Shown here: positions 29,296 to 39,629 of the stretch, piece by piece | Numbering within the stretch: position 1 is the first letter of the stretch | Layout of the letters: the number at the start of each line of letters is the position of its first letter | Assembly (NCBI GenBank): GCA_018673485.1 | Contig: JABHCP010000001.1 | Coordinates: 3,512 to 67,511 of the forward strand | Direction of reading: 5' to 3' | Source of the DNA: Candidatus Uhrbacteria bacterium | GTDB taxonomy: Bacteria; Patescibacteriota; Patescibacteriia; UBA9934 | DNA: 64,000 nt | Position numbers and translations under genes: made by a program | The notes under the pieces: model-generated | Told to the model about the DNA's origin: nothing | Database searches by the model: none | What the model saw: the letters and a program-made list of their open reading frames with translations, nothing else

Positions 29296-30612
29296 ACCTC
29301 CCAATTGCTTCTGAACAAGATCAACGACTTTGTCCATGTTCACAATCTCTTGTCCGCCGGATTCCATATCGCGAATGATAATTGTGCCGTCGAGAACTTC
29401 TTTTTGTCCAAGAATGAGTGCTATCTTTGATTTTCGTTTATCTGCCATCTCGAGCTGAGTTTTCAGTGAGCCCTTTCCAAAAGCCTCGGCGATCTTTACG
29501 CCTGCTGTACGGAACTCCTCAAACACTACCAACCCTTTACGCCGAGCAGCGTCGCCCAACTGACAGAAGAACACATCAATCTCTCGATCCTTTGGCAAGA
29601 CAACACCCTGGTTTTTCATTGCTCGGATAATTCGCTCAACGCCCATGGCAAGCCCTATCGCGTGAGTATCCTCACGTCCACCAAGCTGTTCAATCAATGT
29701 GTCATATCGTCCACCGCCACCTAGAGCGTTCTGAGACTTCACGCCTTCATCGTCAACCTGCACGATCTCAAATACTGTGCGTGTGTAGTAGTCCAAACCT
29801 CGTACCAAAAACGGATCAAGTTCATATGGCACTTCAGCTTCGTCAAGATATTCAATCACTGTCATGAAGTGCTGCTTTGAGTCTTCATCAAGCCAGTCTA
29901 AAATCTGTGGAGCGTCAGCTTTAAGCTCGGCCATTCCCTCTTCTTTTGAATCAAGTAAACGCAATGGATTTTTTGTAAGACGTTTCTTATCAACGTCAGA
30001 CAACTTTTTGCGAAACTGCTTAAAGTAACTTACCAACTCCATAATATACTCACGACGAGAATCCTCTGTTCCGATTGAGTTGATTAGGAACTTTGACTTC
30101 ACTCCCAAGCCTTGCAACATGCGGTGCGCCATAATAATCATCTGCGCGTCCAAGATAGGGTCAGCTGACCCAATTGCCTCCAATCCAAATTGATGAAATT
30201 GACGATATCGACCAGCCTGCGGTCGGTCGTGTCTAAACATCTGACCAAAGTACCACATCTTTACTGGCTGTGGCTTATTAAGCATTCCGTGCTCAATATA
30301 CGCACGCGCAACTGAAGCTGTAGCCTCAGGTCGCATTGTAACTCTAGCCTCACTCGGATCCTTGAACGTATACATTTCTTTTTCAACAATGTCTGTCGCT
30401 TTTCCAACCGATCGTTCAAACAAAGTTGTTGGCTCCAAAATCGGCAAACGAATTCTGCCAAAACTATAATCAGTCGCAACATTGCGCGCTGCGTCCTCAA
30501 CAGCGTTCCAATACGCCTCGTGCTCAGGTACAACATCCTTAAACCCACGCAAACTTTGTGGAGTCTTAATCTTTTTCTTTACCACCTCCTCTTTATCGCT
30601 CTGTGCATTCAT
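29290..30612 (-). CDS. hisS: histidyl-tRNA synthetase
   Basis: VEKEMY, RPEATA, RPQAGRYRQF, LVRGLDYYT, GGGRYD. Confidence 0.99.
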   Translation of the reverse strand: MNAQSDKEEVVKKKIKTPQSLRGFKDVVPEHEAYWNAVEDAARNVATDYSFGRIRLPILEPTTLFERSVGKATDIVEKEMYTFKDPSEARVTMRPEATASVARAYIEHGMLNKPQPVKMWYFGQMFRHDRPQAGRYRQFHQFGLEAIGSADPILDAQMIIMAHRMLQGLGVKSKFLINSIGTEDSRREYIMELVSYFKQFRKKLSDVDKKRLTKNPLRLLDSKEEGMAELKADAPQILDWLDEDSKQHFMTVIEYLDEAEVPYELDPFLVRGLDYYTRTVFEIVQVDDEGVKSQNALGGGGRYDTLIEQLGGREDTHAIGLAMGVERIIRAMKNQGVVLPKDREIDVFFCQLGDAARRKGLVVFEEFRTAGVKIAEAFGKGSLKTQLEMADKRKSKIALILGQKEVLDGTIIIRDMESGGQEIVNMDKVVDLVQKQLGGK

Positions 30613-30613
30613 A

Positions 30614-31222
30614 CTAATAGGTTAAATCATAATCAGGTGCAGAAATAACACCCGCTTTACTAAATGGTAATCCACGAACCCAGACTCGTCCCACAATATT
30701 ATCCTGTGGAATTGGTCCGATCGCCCTTGAGTCTAAACTCATATCGCGATTGTCTCCCATAACAAAGTACTCACTATCACTTAAAACAACATATTCCTCT
30801 CCGTGTGTAAACTCATCTATATACTCTTCATCAATTGCAACTCCATTTGGAAACTCACTATTGTAAACACTGATTGTTCCATCCTTAATCTCCACAGTCT
30901 CGCCCGGTAAACCAATTACGCGCTTGATGTAATACTGATCAACTCCCGTTGGTGGCTCAAATACAATGATCTCTCCTCTACTGATATCACGGAATCGATA
31001 AGAAAGCTCATCAATGATCAGGTATTCATTCTCCTGAAAATTCGGCTCCATTGAAGCACCCTTCACTATGAAAGGCTGAATCAAAAAGTAACGAATCGGA
31101 ATAATAATTGCCGCAGCGATTATTACGACTTGCAAAACCTCCAGAACAAATACTACAACGCCGCCAAGCGTTGCACCAAAGACCTGAAAGATAGCTGAGT
31201 CTTTTTTCTCCTTAAAAGACAT
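30614..31222 (-). CDS. lepB: signal peptidase I
   Basis: GASMEPN (Ser), YIKRVIGLPG (Lys), GDNR..S.DSR. Confidence 0.97.
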   Translation of the reverse strand: MSFKEKKDSAIFQVFGATLGGVVVFVLEVLQVVIIAAAIIIPIRYFLIQPFIVKGASMEPNFQENEYLIIDELSYRFRDISRGEIIVFEPPTGVDQYYIKRVIGLPGETVEIKDGTISVYNSEFPNGVAIDEEYIDEFTHGEEYVVLSDSEYFVMGDNRDMSLDSRAIGPIPQDNIVGRVWVRGLPFSKAGVISAPDYDLTY

Positions 31223-31371
31223 GTAAATCGTTTAAAATTGGCTTAAATCCTGCTTAGGATAGCACGTTTTTTAAGTGTACGCAAGAATCATTATAACAGC
31301 TTTTGACTAAAGTTGGATCTCTAAACTTGCCAATTCCCAATTCCCCCACAATCTGCTAGAATGACATCGCT

Positions 31372-32853
31372 ATGAGCGACGAGCACAGTGTTGATTTTCT
31401 GAAAAAGAAGTACCAGATGGTGCCTACTCAAAAGAGCACCAAGCGTAAACGTAAGGCCCTCAAAATATTTGGGGCACTTTTTGTTGCAGTTGCAATCTGT
31501 GGTGTGTTGTTTTCATACAATCTATCTAAAGAATATAGCGATGACGTTGTTGAGTACGAAAGTTTTTCATTATTTTCATCCCTACGCAATTTGGTCGGCG
31601 CTGGTGAAAAAGAATTAACTGGCGAGGATGATGATCGTATTAACTTCCTTTTGCTGGGAGTTGGTGGGACTGGTCATGATGGCCCAGAGCTTTCCGACAC
31701 AATAATGTTTGCCAGCTACAAGCCGTCAACCGGCGACATTGGAATGCTCTCAATTCCTCGCGATCTTGCTGTTCCGATTCCAGGATATGGATATCAAAAA
31801 ATAAATAGTATAAATGCATACGCTGAAATGGATGACGCAGGATCAGGGCCCGCTTGGACATCCGAAGTTGTAGGCGATCTTCTCGATCAAGAAATTCATT
31901 ATTACGTAAAAGTGGACTTTAATGGCTTTGTTGATTTAATCGATGCCATCGGTGGAATTGATGTATACGTTGATCAATCCTTCACTGACTACACCTACCC
32001 TACTGAAGATGACTTGGTGCAAACCGTTGCCTTTGAATCTGGGTGGACCTACATGGACGGAGAAACTGCTCTGCAGTTTGCGCGATCACGACACGGTGAC
32101 AATGGTGAGGGCTCTGACTTTGCACGTGCTGAGCGTCAGCAAAAAATATTACTTGCCGTGAAAGACGACTTGCTCTCAGCGTCAACATTTTTGAACCCTT
32201 CAAAACTTAATAATCTAGTAGAAACTTTTCAAGACAATGTAGAAACAAACATGTCATTTTGGGAACTAATGAAAATGATCCGCTATGTTCCTGAAATTGA
32301 CACAGAGAATATTCACACAACCGTCCTTGATACTGGCTACGATAGCCACCTGTACTCAACCATGATCAACGGCGCCTACGTACTTCTGCCAAAGAAAGAT
32401 GACTGGACACCAATTCAGGAGATGGCGCAAAACATCTTCGAGCAAGACTCTAGTGCGAATTATGCCGCACAAAGCACTGATGACGAGAGTGACGTGCAGA
32501 TGGACCAAACAATAGTCGAGATTCAAAATGGGACGAGTGCTGTAGGGCTAGCTTTCCAAACTTCACAAATGCTTGCAGGAACCAACTTCTCTGTAGCAGA
32601 AATCAGTAATGCTGACTCACAAGATTACGAAACAACAATTATTTACGATCTCTCAGGTGGCGAAAAACCTGATGAGCTTGAAACCTTACAAAACTTCTTC
32701 GAAGCAGAGGTCGCCATGACCACATCTGGCTGGATTTTTTCAGAAACTGTTATTCCTCGTGAGCTAACCATCGACACCCCTGAGGAAACAGACGAAAGCA
32801 TTGACTTTTTAATCATTTTGGGGCAAAATGCCACGAATCTTGTCTTGCAATAA
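31372..32853 (+). CDS. LCP (LytR-CpsA-Psr) family protein with LytR_C domain
   Basis: NFLLLG, SDTIM, SIPRDL, FARSRH..DFARAERQQ, VEIQNGT..GLA. Confidence 0.93.
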   Translation: MSDEHSVDFLKKKYQMVPTQKSTKRKRKALKIFGALFVAVAICGVLFSYNLSKEYSDDVVEYESFSLFSSLRNLVGAGEKELTGEDDDRINFLLLGVGGTGHDGPELSDTIMFASYKPSTGDIGMLSIPRDLAVPIPGYGYQKINSINAYAEMDDAGSGPAWTSEVVGDLLDQEIHYYVKVDFNGFVDLIDAIGGIDVYVDQSFTDYTYPTEDDLVQTVAFESGWTYMDGETALQFARSRHGDNGEGSDFARAERQQKILLAVKDDLLSASTFLNPSKLNNLVETFQDNVETNMSFWELMKMIRYVPEIDTENIHTTVLDTGYDSHLYSTMINGAYVLLPKKDDWTPIQEMAQNIFEQDSSANYAAQSTDDESDVQMDQTIVEIQNGTSAVGLAFQTSQMLAGTNFSVAEISNADSQDYETTIIYDLSGGEKPDELETLQNFFEAEVAMTTSGWIFSETVIPRELTIDTPEETDESIDFLIILGQNATNLVLQ

Positions 32854-32877
32854 CAGACCCCAACCCCTAAGCATTTT

Positions 32878-34248
32878 ATGACCGCTATCGCCCCAAAAGT
32901 CGCCATTGTTGGCCGCTCTAACGTTGGAAAATCAACACTATTTAATAAACTCATTGAAGAGCAGAAGTCTTTAGTTTCAGCAATTCCAGGAACGACTCGT
33001 GATAGATATGAAGGTGACTGTATTTGGCGAGCAAAGATCGTACGTCTAATAGATACTGGGGGGCTCGATAGAAACCAAACAGATGAAATAGATGTAGAAA
33101 TCGGCAAACAGGCGCGCGCCGCCATCAAAGAAGCTGACCTTGTTATTTTTATGGTCGACTTACAAGTCGGACTCCAAGATGAAGACCGACTTTTAGAGCG
33201 CGAGCTGCAAAAACTAAAAAAGCCAATATTGCTCATTGGAAACAAAGCCGACAACACAAAACTTGTTCAATCAGTGAACGATGAATGCTGGCACAAATGG
33301 AGCTCTGGTACACCGATGGCGGTAAGTGCCAAGCGTGGAACAGGAACAGGTGACTTGCTTGACATCATATTTGAAGAACTAGCCAAGATCGGTAAAGATC
33401 CAATCTCTGTCTCTGACGCAACAGCAATGCGAGTTTCTGTGATTGGAAGACCAAACGTTGGTAAATCATCACTTCTTAACGCAGCGCTTGGACAGAATAG
33501 ATTTATCGCCTCATCTCGTGAACATACAACGCGAGAACCAAACGACACTCCGGTAACAATCGATGGTCGCGACTACATATTGGTCGACACAGCCGGTATT
33601 AGAAAAATGGCACGCGTACACAAAGGAAAATCAAAACTAGAAAAAGAAGGCGTGGAGCGCACAATTTGCGCCATGAAAACATCAGATGTCTGTTTGCTAG
33701 TAATTGATATTTCAAGAAACATTCAAGCCCAAGATAAACATCTTGCTGGTGAGCTTCAAAAATCAGGAGCAAGTGTAATTATCATTGCCAACAAATGGGA
33801 CCTTATTCCAGACAAAGACGCGGTAACTATTGATAAGTACGAACACTATATTCGCGCCAACCTTCCATCACTGGATTGGGCACCAATTTTGTTCACATCA
33901 GCGCAAACTGGAAAACGAGTACAAAACCTATTCGAATTAGTGGATAAAGTTTTCGAACATCGATTCACGCAACTCAGTGACTCCCAAACAAACGATTTCA
34001 TTAGTCGTGCGATTGTAAAACACAAGCCAAGTCGTGGAAAAGGAATCTCTCATCCTAAAATCTTTAAATTCCGACAATCTGGAACAAATCCTCCAGAGTT
34101 CCTGTTGTTCATCAAACAAAGTCGAACAGACTCGCTAAACGTTTCTTACGTGCGATTCTTGGAGAACCTGCTGCGCAAGTACCACTCATTTGAGGGAACT
34201 CCAATAACTATTAAAGTGAAGTGCCGTAAAAAGTCACATACAACGTAG
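32878..34248 (+). CDS. der: ribosome biogenesis GTPase Der
   Basis: Two G domains (GRSNVGKS, GRPNVGKS; DTGG, DTAG; NKAD, NKWD) and KH-like tail. Confidence 0.98.
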   Translation: MTAIAPKVAIVGRSNVGKSTLFNKLIEEQKSLVSAIPGTTRDRYEGDCIWRAKIVRLIDTGGLDRNQTDEIDVEIGKQARAAIKEADLVIFMVDLQVGLQDEDRLLERELQKLKKPILLIGNKADNTKLVQSVNDECWHKWSSGTPMAVSAKRGTGTGDLLDIIFEELAKIGKDPISVSDATAMRVSVIGRPNVGKSSLLNAALGQNRFIASSREHTTREPNDTPVTIDGRDYILVDTAGIRKMARVHKGKSKLEKEGVERTICAMKTSDVCLLVIDISRNIQAQDKHLAGELQKSGASVIIIANKWDLIPDKDAVTIDKYEHYIRANLPSLDWAPILFTSAQTGKRVQNLFELVDKVFEHRFTQLSDSQTNDFISRAIVKHKPSRGKGISHPKIFKFRQSGTNPPEFLLFIKQSRTDSLNVSYVRFLENLLRKYHSFEGTPITIKVKCRKKSHTT

Positions 34249-34351
34249 CAGACTTCAGAACCCAGGCGTCAGACTACAGTCGAAGAAAAAGTGGTTTACC
34301 CAGCCTACTTCCTACTAGCTACTATCTACTTTCTGCAATATAATCAAAACT

Positions 34352-34912
34352 ATGAAACTCATCATTGGTCTTGGAAATCCAGGTAAAAAATACGAGCAAA
34401 CCCGACACAATGTCGGTTTTATGGTTCTTAACGCAATTGCAAACGAACTGAAAGCTTCGTTTTCAGAAAAGTCCGACCTTCACAGTGAGGTGGCAGAATT
34501 AAATCTTGAAGGAGATAAACTGATTCTTGCAAAGCCAACAACATTCATGAACAAGTCAGGTGACGCATTGCAAGCCATAGTGAAAAAATATAAAGTAAAC
34601 GTCGATGATGTTTGGGTTGTTTACGATGACGCATCACTGGACCTTGGAACTATCAGAATTCGACAAGAAGGATCAGCTGGTGGTCACAACGGAGTAAAAT
34701 CGATAATTGACACCATTGATTCACAAACATTCTGGAGATTCAAAGTCGGTGTCGGTTCCCCACCAGAGAACTTTCCGCTTGAGGACTGGGTACTATCAAA
34801 GTTCGCGGAAGATCAGATTGAAATGCAAAATAAAATAATTGAACTTACTAAAGAGTCGATTCTCAACGCTCTGCAAACCGAGCCGACGGATGAAAGCTTG
34901 TCACTCAACTAA
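34352..34912 (+). CDS. pth: peptidyl-tRNA hydrolase
   Basis: GLGNPG, TRHNVG, KPTTFMN.SG, GGHNG. Confidence 0.98.
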   Translation: MKLIIGLGNPGKKYEQTRHNVGFMVLNAIANELKASFSEKSDLHSEVAELNLEGDKLILAKPTTFMNKSGDALQAIVKKYKVNVDDVWVVYDDASLDLGTIRIRQEGSAGGHNGVKSIIDTIDSQTFWRFKVGVGSPPENFPLEDWVLSKFAEDQIEMQNKIIELTKESILNALQTEPTDESLSLN

Positions 34913-34918
34913 AAAATG

Positions 34919-34960
34919 TGTCACCCCTGGCTACGACCAGGGTCCCATCAACTATCGATC
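34919..34960. repeat. GTCACCCCTGG-type REP half-element
   Basis: Matches left arms at 48857 and 53363. Confidence 0.75.
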
Positions 34961-34967
34961 TTATCAT

Positions 34968-35660
34968 ATGAAAAAACTCGCACTGCTCACACTCGCCTCT
35001 TTACTCCTTGTTGGATTTGGTTGCACGACCGATATGTCAGTCACGGAGCAAACCGATACATCAGATGAACAACTAGAAGATATAATCGATACAACTCCAG
35101 AGGTTTCAACGATCGACTCAGACAGTGACGGAATCACAGACTACGATGAGATTGAAATGTACCAGACAGACCCTAACGATACCGACAGTGATGATGACGG
35201 ATACTCAGACGGTGAAGAGGTCTCCGCTGGCTACGATCCAAACGAACCGGCAATTACAACAATTGTTGAAGAACGTGCCAACTACCAGGATACTCAAACA
35301 CAAGACGGTATGACACTAAATACAGATATAACAGTCGACCTTACAACAACAATTGACTGTGGAGCTGAAGCATCATGTTTTGATGAAAAATTTGCATTAT
35401 GTGAACCCTCAACAATGACAAGCGATGCAAGTGGATGGGTTGCCGTTAGTTATGAAATTACTGGCCCTGCAGATGAGGGCTGCGCGGTTACAATGATCTA
35501 CACAACAAATCCAAACCCTGTATGGCAAGACAAGCCACTTCACTGTGTTTATGACAATACTAAAGACTTTGAAGTAGCGATGATGGAAGCATTCGAATCT
35601 GCAATGGAAATAGATGGATACTGTTCTGGACCACTCAACGACGTATTCCACGCTGAATAA
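34968..35660 (+). CDS. lipoprotein-like TSP3-repeat protein
   Basis: MKKLALL..LVGFGC lipobox-like; DSDSDGITDYDE..TDP..DSDDDGYSDG. Confidence 0.75.
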   Translation: MKKLALLTLASLLLVGFGCTTDMSVTEQTDTSDEQLEDIIDTTPEVSTIDSDSDGITDYDEIEMYQTDPNDTDSDDDGYSDGEEVSAGYDPNEPAITTIVEERANYQDTQTQDGMTLNTDITVDLTTTIDCGAEASCFDEKFALCEPSTMTSDASGWVAVSYEITGPADEGCAVTMIYTTNPNPVWQDKPLHCVYDNTKDFEVAMMEAFESAMEIDGYCSGPLNDVFHAE

Positions 35661-35767
35661 TTTATTCAATAATGTTTCACTAAAGGGCCGATCGGCACCT
35701 TAATGAAACATTCTGCAAAAAAGGGCCTAAATTGGCTCTTTTTTGGTTAAAATTAGCTAAATATAGG

Positions 35768-35987
35768 TTGACAAAACCCTTTTTTTATGCTATATTTCAA
35801 TGTCTCACCACCCAAGGAATGACCATGAGACTTCCCCGCGACGGACTCCTAGGCTAGGGGCTCGCCCCCTAGTACCACATCGATGAGATCTTCTTCCTCG
35901 ACGGCTACTCGGAGATGAAGGGGCGAGCCCGCAACGGCACGCCGTCGCTTTACCGCAACTTCACCTTCACACTCTCAGGAGACCGTC
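35768..35987 (+). promoter_or_regulatory. sigma70 promoter and ~185-nt structured 5' leader
   Basis: TTGACA-17-TATATT; long-range pairings 35838-44/35942-48 and 35858-68/35920-30. Confidence 0.6.
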
Positions 35988-36446
35988 ATGTCCTTCAACA
36001 ACCCATACGACCACAGCAGCTACTCTCGTCGCCCAAACCAGACCACCCTCTTCTTCGAGGGAGCCCTCAACCCGAGCGACGACATGCTCGAGGCCCTCGA
36101 GCGCAATGGGATCAAAGTGACGCGCTTCTTCCGGCCAGCCATCCGGCACAACCGGATCCGGTACCACAACATCGAGATCATCGCGCATCACTGGCTCTAC
36201 GGCGATGACGTGAGGCATGAGCTCGGATTCCCGTGCATACCCATGGTCCAGCTACGAGATGGCACCTGGCTCAAGCTCAACATCTACAGCGGCGCCGCCT
36301 GCGTGTGCGACCCAAATGAAGAGCTGCGAGCGTGGTACATGCGCCGCCGTGCCCTGTGCAAGGCTGGTGGCCAAATCAAGCTACCAGACTACCACGAGCC
36401 CCCACCACTGGTGCGCGAACAGCAGAGCGTAGTGTGCACCCCCTGA
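35988..36446 (+). CDS. GC-rich orphan protein
   Basis: AGGAG SD, strong GC3 bias, hairpin plus T-tract at ~36472-36506. Confidence 0.6.
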   Translation: MSFNNPYDHSSYSRRPNQTTLFFEGALNPSDDMLEALERNGIKVTRFFRPAIRHNRIRYHNIEIIAHHWLYGDDVRHELGFPCIPMVQLRDGTWLKLNIYSGAACVCDPNEELRAWYMRRRALCKAGGQIKLPDYHEPPPLVREQQSVVCTP

Positions 36447-36567
36447 CCCCTCCCTCACCCTCACCCCAAGGACCCCCAACTTGTGGCGTGGGGGTTCTTC
36501 TTTTTTACACAACACCCCTTGACATGCTCTCAAAAATCCAAATTTTCGTGCGTGATAAAATATATGT

Positions 36568-37665
36568 ATGATCGGAGAAGAGAATTTAGCGTGCTTAATT
36601 GCCCTTAATGAATTTCCTAAATTTGGTCCGCGCAGAATGCAGCGGTTGTTTAAGGTATTTGATACATCTCGATCGATCTTTGAATCAAACGCGACAGAAC
36701 TTCGAAATGCCGGCATTCCAGAAACTGTCGCTAAAGAGTTTATCGAATTTCGAAAGACAATTAATCTCGTCGAACTTCTTGAGCTTGTCCAAACAAATGA
36801 CATGACAGTTATTTCAATCTTCGATGAGAACTTCCCTACCCTGCTCAAAGAAATATATGACCCACCGACGTTGCTATATATAAAAGGTGAACTTCCCGAT
36901 CTATCTAATCGAAAACTGCTTGGAATCGTTGGCTCGCGTAAAGCCAGTCCGTATGGCGCGCAGGTCGCTAAAGATCTAACACAGGATATTGCCCGCGCTG
37001 GAATCATAACAGTCAGCGGGCTTGCCTATGGAATCGATGGCATCGCACACAAAGCCACAATTGATGCGAAAGGACAAACCATCGCCGTCTTAGGCTTTGG
37101 AATTCTACACGAACCAAGCTCACGAGAACAAGTAATCCAGAATCATATAATTGAAAATGGCGGGTGCATCATCAGTGAGTTCCCTCTCATGATGCACGGA
37201 GCTAAACAAAACTTCCCAATTCGAAATAGAATTATCTCAGGGATTAGTCACGGAACACTTGTAGTCGAGGCAGCAATAAAATCTGGATCGCTAATCACAG
37301 CTCGCTCTGCAATGGAACAAAACCGCGAAGTCTTTGCAGTACCCGGTCCAATAAACTCACAAACATCAGAAGGAACTAATCAGCTCATCAAAGACGGTGC
37401 ACACATGGTGACCAAGATTGAAGATATTCTCGGGCCACTCGAAATCGATCGGATAGTTGCAAGAGCCAAAACAAAAACCACCCCCCAGGGTGACACTCCA
37501 CAAGAAGATCAAATTCTCTCAATACTATCAAAACAACCAACCCACATCGACGACATCACCCGCACCACAAACCTCCCCGCCCCAACAGTCGCCAGCACAA
37601 TCTCCATCCTAGAATTAAAAAGCCTGGTACAAAATGTCGGAGGTGAGAGGTATTATTTGAATTAA
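36568..37665 (+). CDS. dprA: DNA-processing protein DprA
   Basis: IVGSR, VSGLAYGIDGIAH, FPIRNRIISG, VVEA..SGSLITA, C-terminal winged helix. Confidence 0.97.
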   Translation: MIGEENLACLIALNEFPKFGPRRMQRLFKVFDTSRSIFESNATELRNAGIPETVAKEFIEFRKTINLVELLELVQTNDMTVISIFDENFPTLLKEIYDPPTLLYIKGELPDLSNRKLLGIVGSRKASPYGAQVAKDLTQDIARAGIITVSGLAYGIDGIAHKATIDAKGQTIAVLGFGILHEPSSREQVIQNHIIENGGCIISEFPLMMHGAKQNFPIRNRIISGISHGTLVVEAAIKSGSLITARSAMEQNREVFAVPGPINSQTSEGTNQLIKDGAHMVTKIEDILGPLEIDRIVARAKTKTTPQGDTPQEDQILSILSKQPTHIDDITRTTNLPAPTVASTISILELKSLVQNVGGERYYLN

Positions 37666-37691
37666 TAATTTAAACTTCATCCCCGTCTCAT

Positions 37692-38116
37692 CATCCCCAC
37701 CTCGACGTCCCATCCCCCACTCGACGTCTCATCCCCACCCCGACGTAAGGAGGGGCCTCGGCTGTCTCATGAAACTATCGGTCAGCCGTGAAACTCAAAC
37801 TATGCACTTCATCTATATAACAACAAACAAAAACAATTCCGTAATATACACTGGCACCACCAGTGAATTGAAACAAAGAATATATCAACATAAAGAAAAA
37901 ATGGTGGATGGATTTACGAAAAAATACAATGTCGATAAGCTAGTATACTATGAAGCAATTGAAGATCGGAATTCAGCGCTAGCTCGAGAAAAACAAATCA
38001 AAGGCTGGCGGCGAGAGAAAAAAATGCACATAGTTCTATCAATGAACCCAAATTTATTTGATTTGTACGAAACTTTAGATCAATAAGTTTTTAGGTCCCT
38101 CCTTACGTCGGGATGG
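37692..38116 (+). mobile_element. GIY-YIG gene bracketed by 20-bp inverted repeats, with tandem left-end repeats
   Basis: cccgacgtaaggaggggcct (37739-58) vs aggtccctccttacgtcggg (38093-112), 19/20; three catcccc..cgacgt units upstream. Confidence 0.65.
37802..38086 (+). CDS. standalone GIY-YIG endonuclease
   Basis: FIYI..IYTGTT..L..RI.QH..GFT.KY...LVYYE..A.AREKQIKGW.R..NP. Confidence 0.93.
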   Translation: MHFIYITTNKNNSVIYTGTTSELKQRIYQHKEKMVDGFTKKYNVDKLVYYEAIEDRNSALAREKQIKGWRREKKMHIVLSMNPNLFDLYETLDQ

Positions 38117-38189
38117 GTAACTGCTAATACCACTAAGCATTGTGAACTACCTACTGCATTCCTTCACAATATGATACATTGTAAATCCT

Positions 38190-39476
38190 ATGATCCCACA
38201 GTATAACGAAACCTACGAAAAGTTTTTATCGCTTACGAATCTTTGCGAAAAGGTATTTTCGGATTCGACGGCAGAGCTTAAGAAGTCTATGAAGCGCACT
38301 GAGCAATTTATGGAAGCTCTTGGTAGTCCGCACAAAAAGCTCAAGATTATTCACATTGCCGGCACCAGTGGTAAAGGATCAACCGCGTACATGGTTCATC
38401 AAATGCTTACAGCTGATAAGCAAAATGTTGGAACGTATCTATCTCCTCACACAACAACCTTTCTGGAACGCTTTCAATATAACGACAAGCTTTTGAGCGC
38501 TGACGATCTTGTGAGTTCGATGAATGAGCTCATGGATACTTATCAAAAACATCTGGCAAAAACTAATACTCCACTTTCATTTTTTGAGCTATCGACTTGC
38601 CTTTCACTTTTTGCTTTTCAAAAAGCTGGTGCAAGGTGGTGCGTACTTGAGACAGGATGCGGAGGTCGATGGGATGCTACAAATGTAATTCCGACTCCGG
38701 AGGTTGCGATTATCACAAATATCGATAAGGACCATACAGAACTTCTAGGTAACTCACTTGCACAAATCGCATTTGAAAAAGCAGGAATTATTAAAAAGAA
38801 TGGAACAATATTCTGTGGTGAAGTCAGACCAAATATAAAAAAGGTGTTCATGAAGGAAGCGATAAAAAATAATGCAGCGCTTTTCTTTATTCACCCACCA
38901 TTTGAAAACATCATTAACGCTGAGCATGGAGAGCATCAACAACACAATGCGTCACTTGCGATTGCTGCAGCGAAGGAGATAAACATCAAAGATAATGCGA
39001 TCGAGCAAACGCTTGATAATCTTAAGCGACTTCCCTGCCGATTTGAGACAATGCAACAGTCACCACAGATAATTCTCGATGGCGCCCACTCCCCTGCAAA
39101 GATCGCGGCCACTGTTAAAAAAATCAAAGAACTCAAAAAACCAATTCATCTAATCTTTGGATGTGCGGCAAATAAGGATGCACCGCAAATGCTCAAGCAA
39201 CTCATCCCTCACGTTGATAAAGTAACTACAACACGGTTCCAAATGGGCATGCGTAAGGCTGCGGTTCCATCTGAACTCCTGAAGGTTGCACCAAAAGCAA
39301 AGCGCGCAGGTTCATTCTTGGACCACAGTGAAGCGCTTGATCACGCAAAAAAACAAAGTAAGAATGACGAGGTAATAATCGCCACCGGCTCTCTCTTCTT
39401 AACCGGCGAGTTGAGAGCTAATTGGATAAGTGAGGATCAAATCGTTAAAAGCTCGAATTCATTCTCACACATATAA
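38190..39476 (+). CDS. folC: folylpolyglutamate synthase/dihydrofolate synthase family protein
   Basis: IHIAGTSGKGS, SPH, ETGCGGRWDATN, DHTELLG, LDGAH, TGSLFL.G. Confidence 0.9.
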   Translation: MIPQYNETYEKFLSLTNLCEKVFSDSTAELKKSMKRTEQFMEALGSPHKKLKIIHIAGTSGKGSTAYMVHQMLTADKQNVGTYLSPHTTTFLERFQYNDKLLSADDLVSSMNELMDTYQKHLAKTNTPLSFFELSTCLSLFAFQKAGARWCVLETGCGGRWDATNVIPTPEVAIITNIDKDHTELLGNSLAQIAFEKAGIIKKNGTIFCGEVRPNIKKVFMKEAIKNNAALFFIHPPFENIINAEHGEHQQHNASLAIAAAKEINIKDNAIEQTLDNLKRLPCRFETMQQSPQIILDGAHSPAKIAATVKKIKELKKPIHLIFGCAANKDAPQMLKQLIPHVDKVTTTRFQMGMRKAAVPSELLKVAPKAKRAGSFLDHSEALDHAKKQSKNDEVIIATGSLFLTGELRANWISEDQIVKSSNSFSHI

Positions 39477-39557
39477 CCACCCCTATCCCCTCCTTAAAAA
39501 GTAGGGGGACCAAGATCTCGACCCTCCCCCTTTTTAAGGGGGAGCTGGAGGGGGTTA
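39476..39557. repeat. CCCCT/AGGGG-type REP doublet
   Basis: accacccctatcccctcctt..ctcgac..tcccccttttt-aagggggagctggagggggtt; relative of 50502 and 55361. Confidence 0.75.
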
Positions 39558-39629
39558 AATCTTACGTCATTTGACATACTCCCTTATTTACTGCATTATT
39601 GCTACGTAAATACTACATTTTAGCCAACT

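Noticed and set aside
35671-35712. parS site
   Set aside because: Ends resemble TGTTTCAC/GTGAAACA half-sites but are separated by ~22 nt; parS is a contiguous 16-mer
37692-37750. CRISPR array
   Set aside because: Repeats are ~19 bp, directly abutting without spacers, and no cas genes are present
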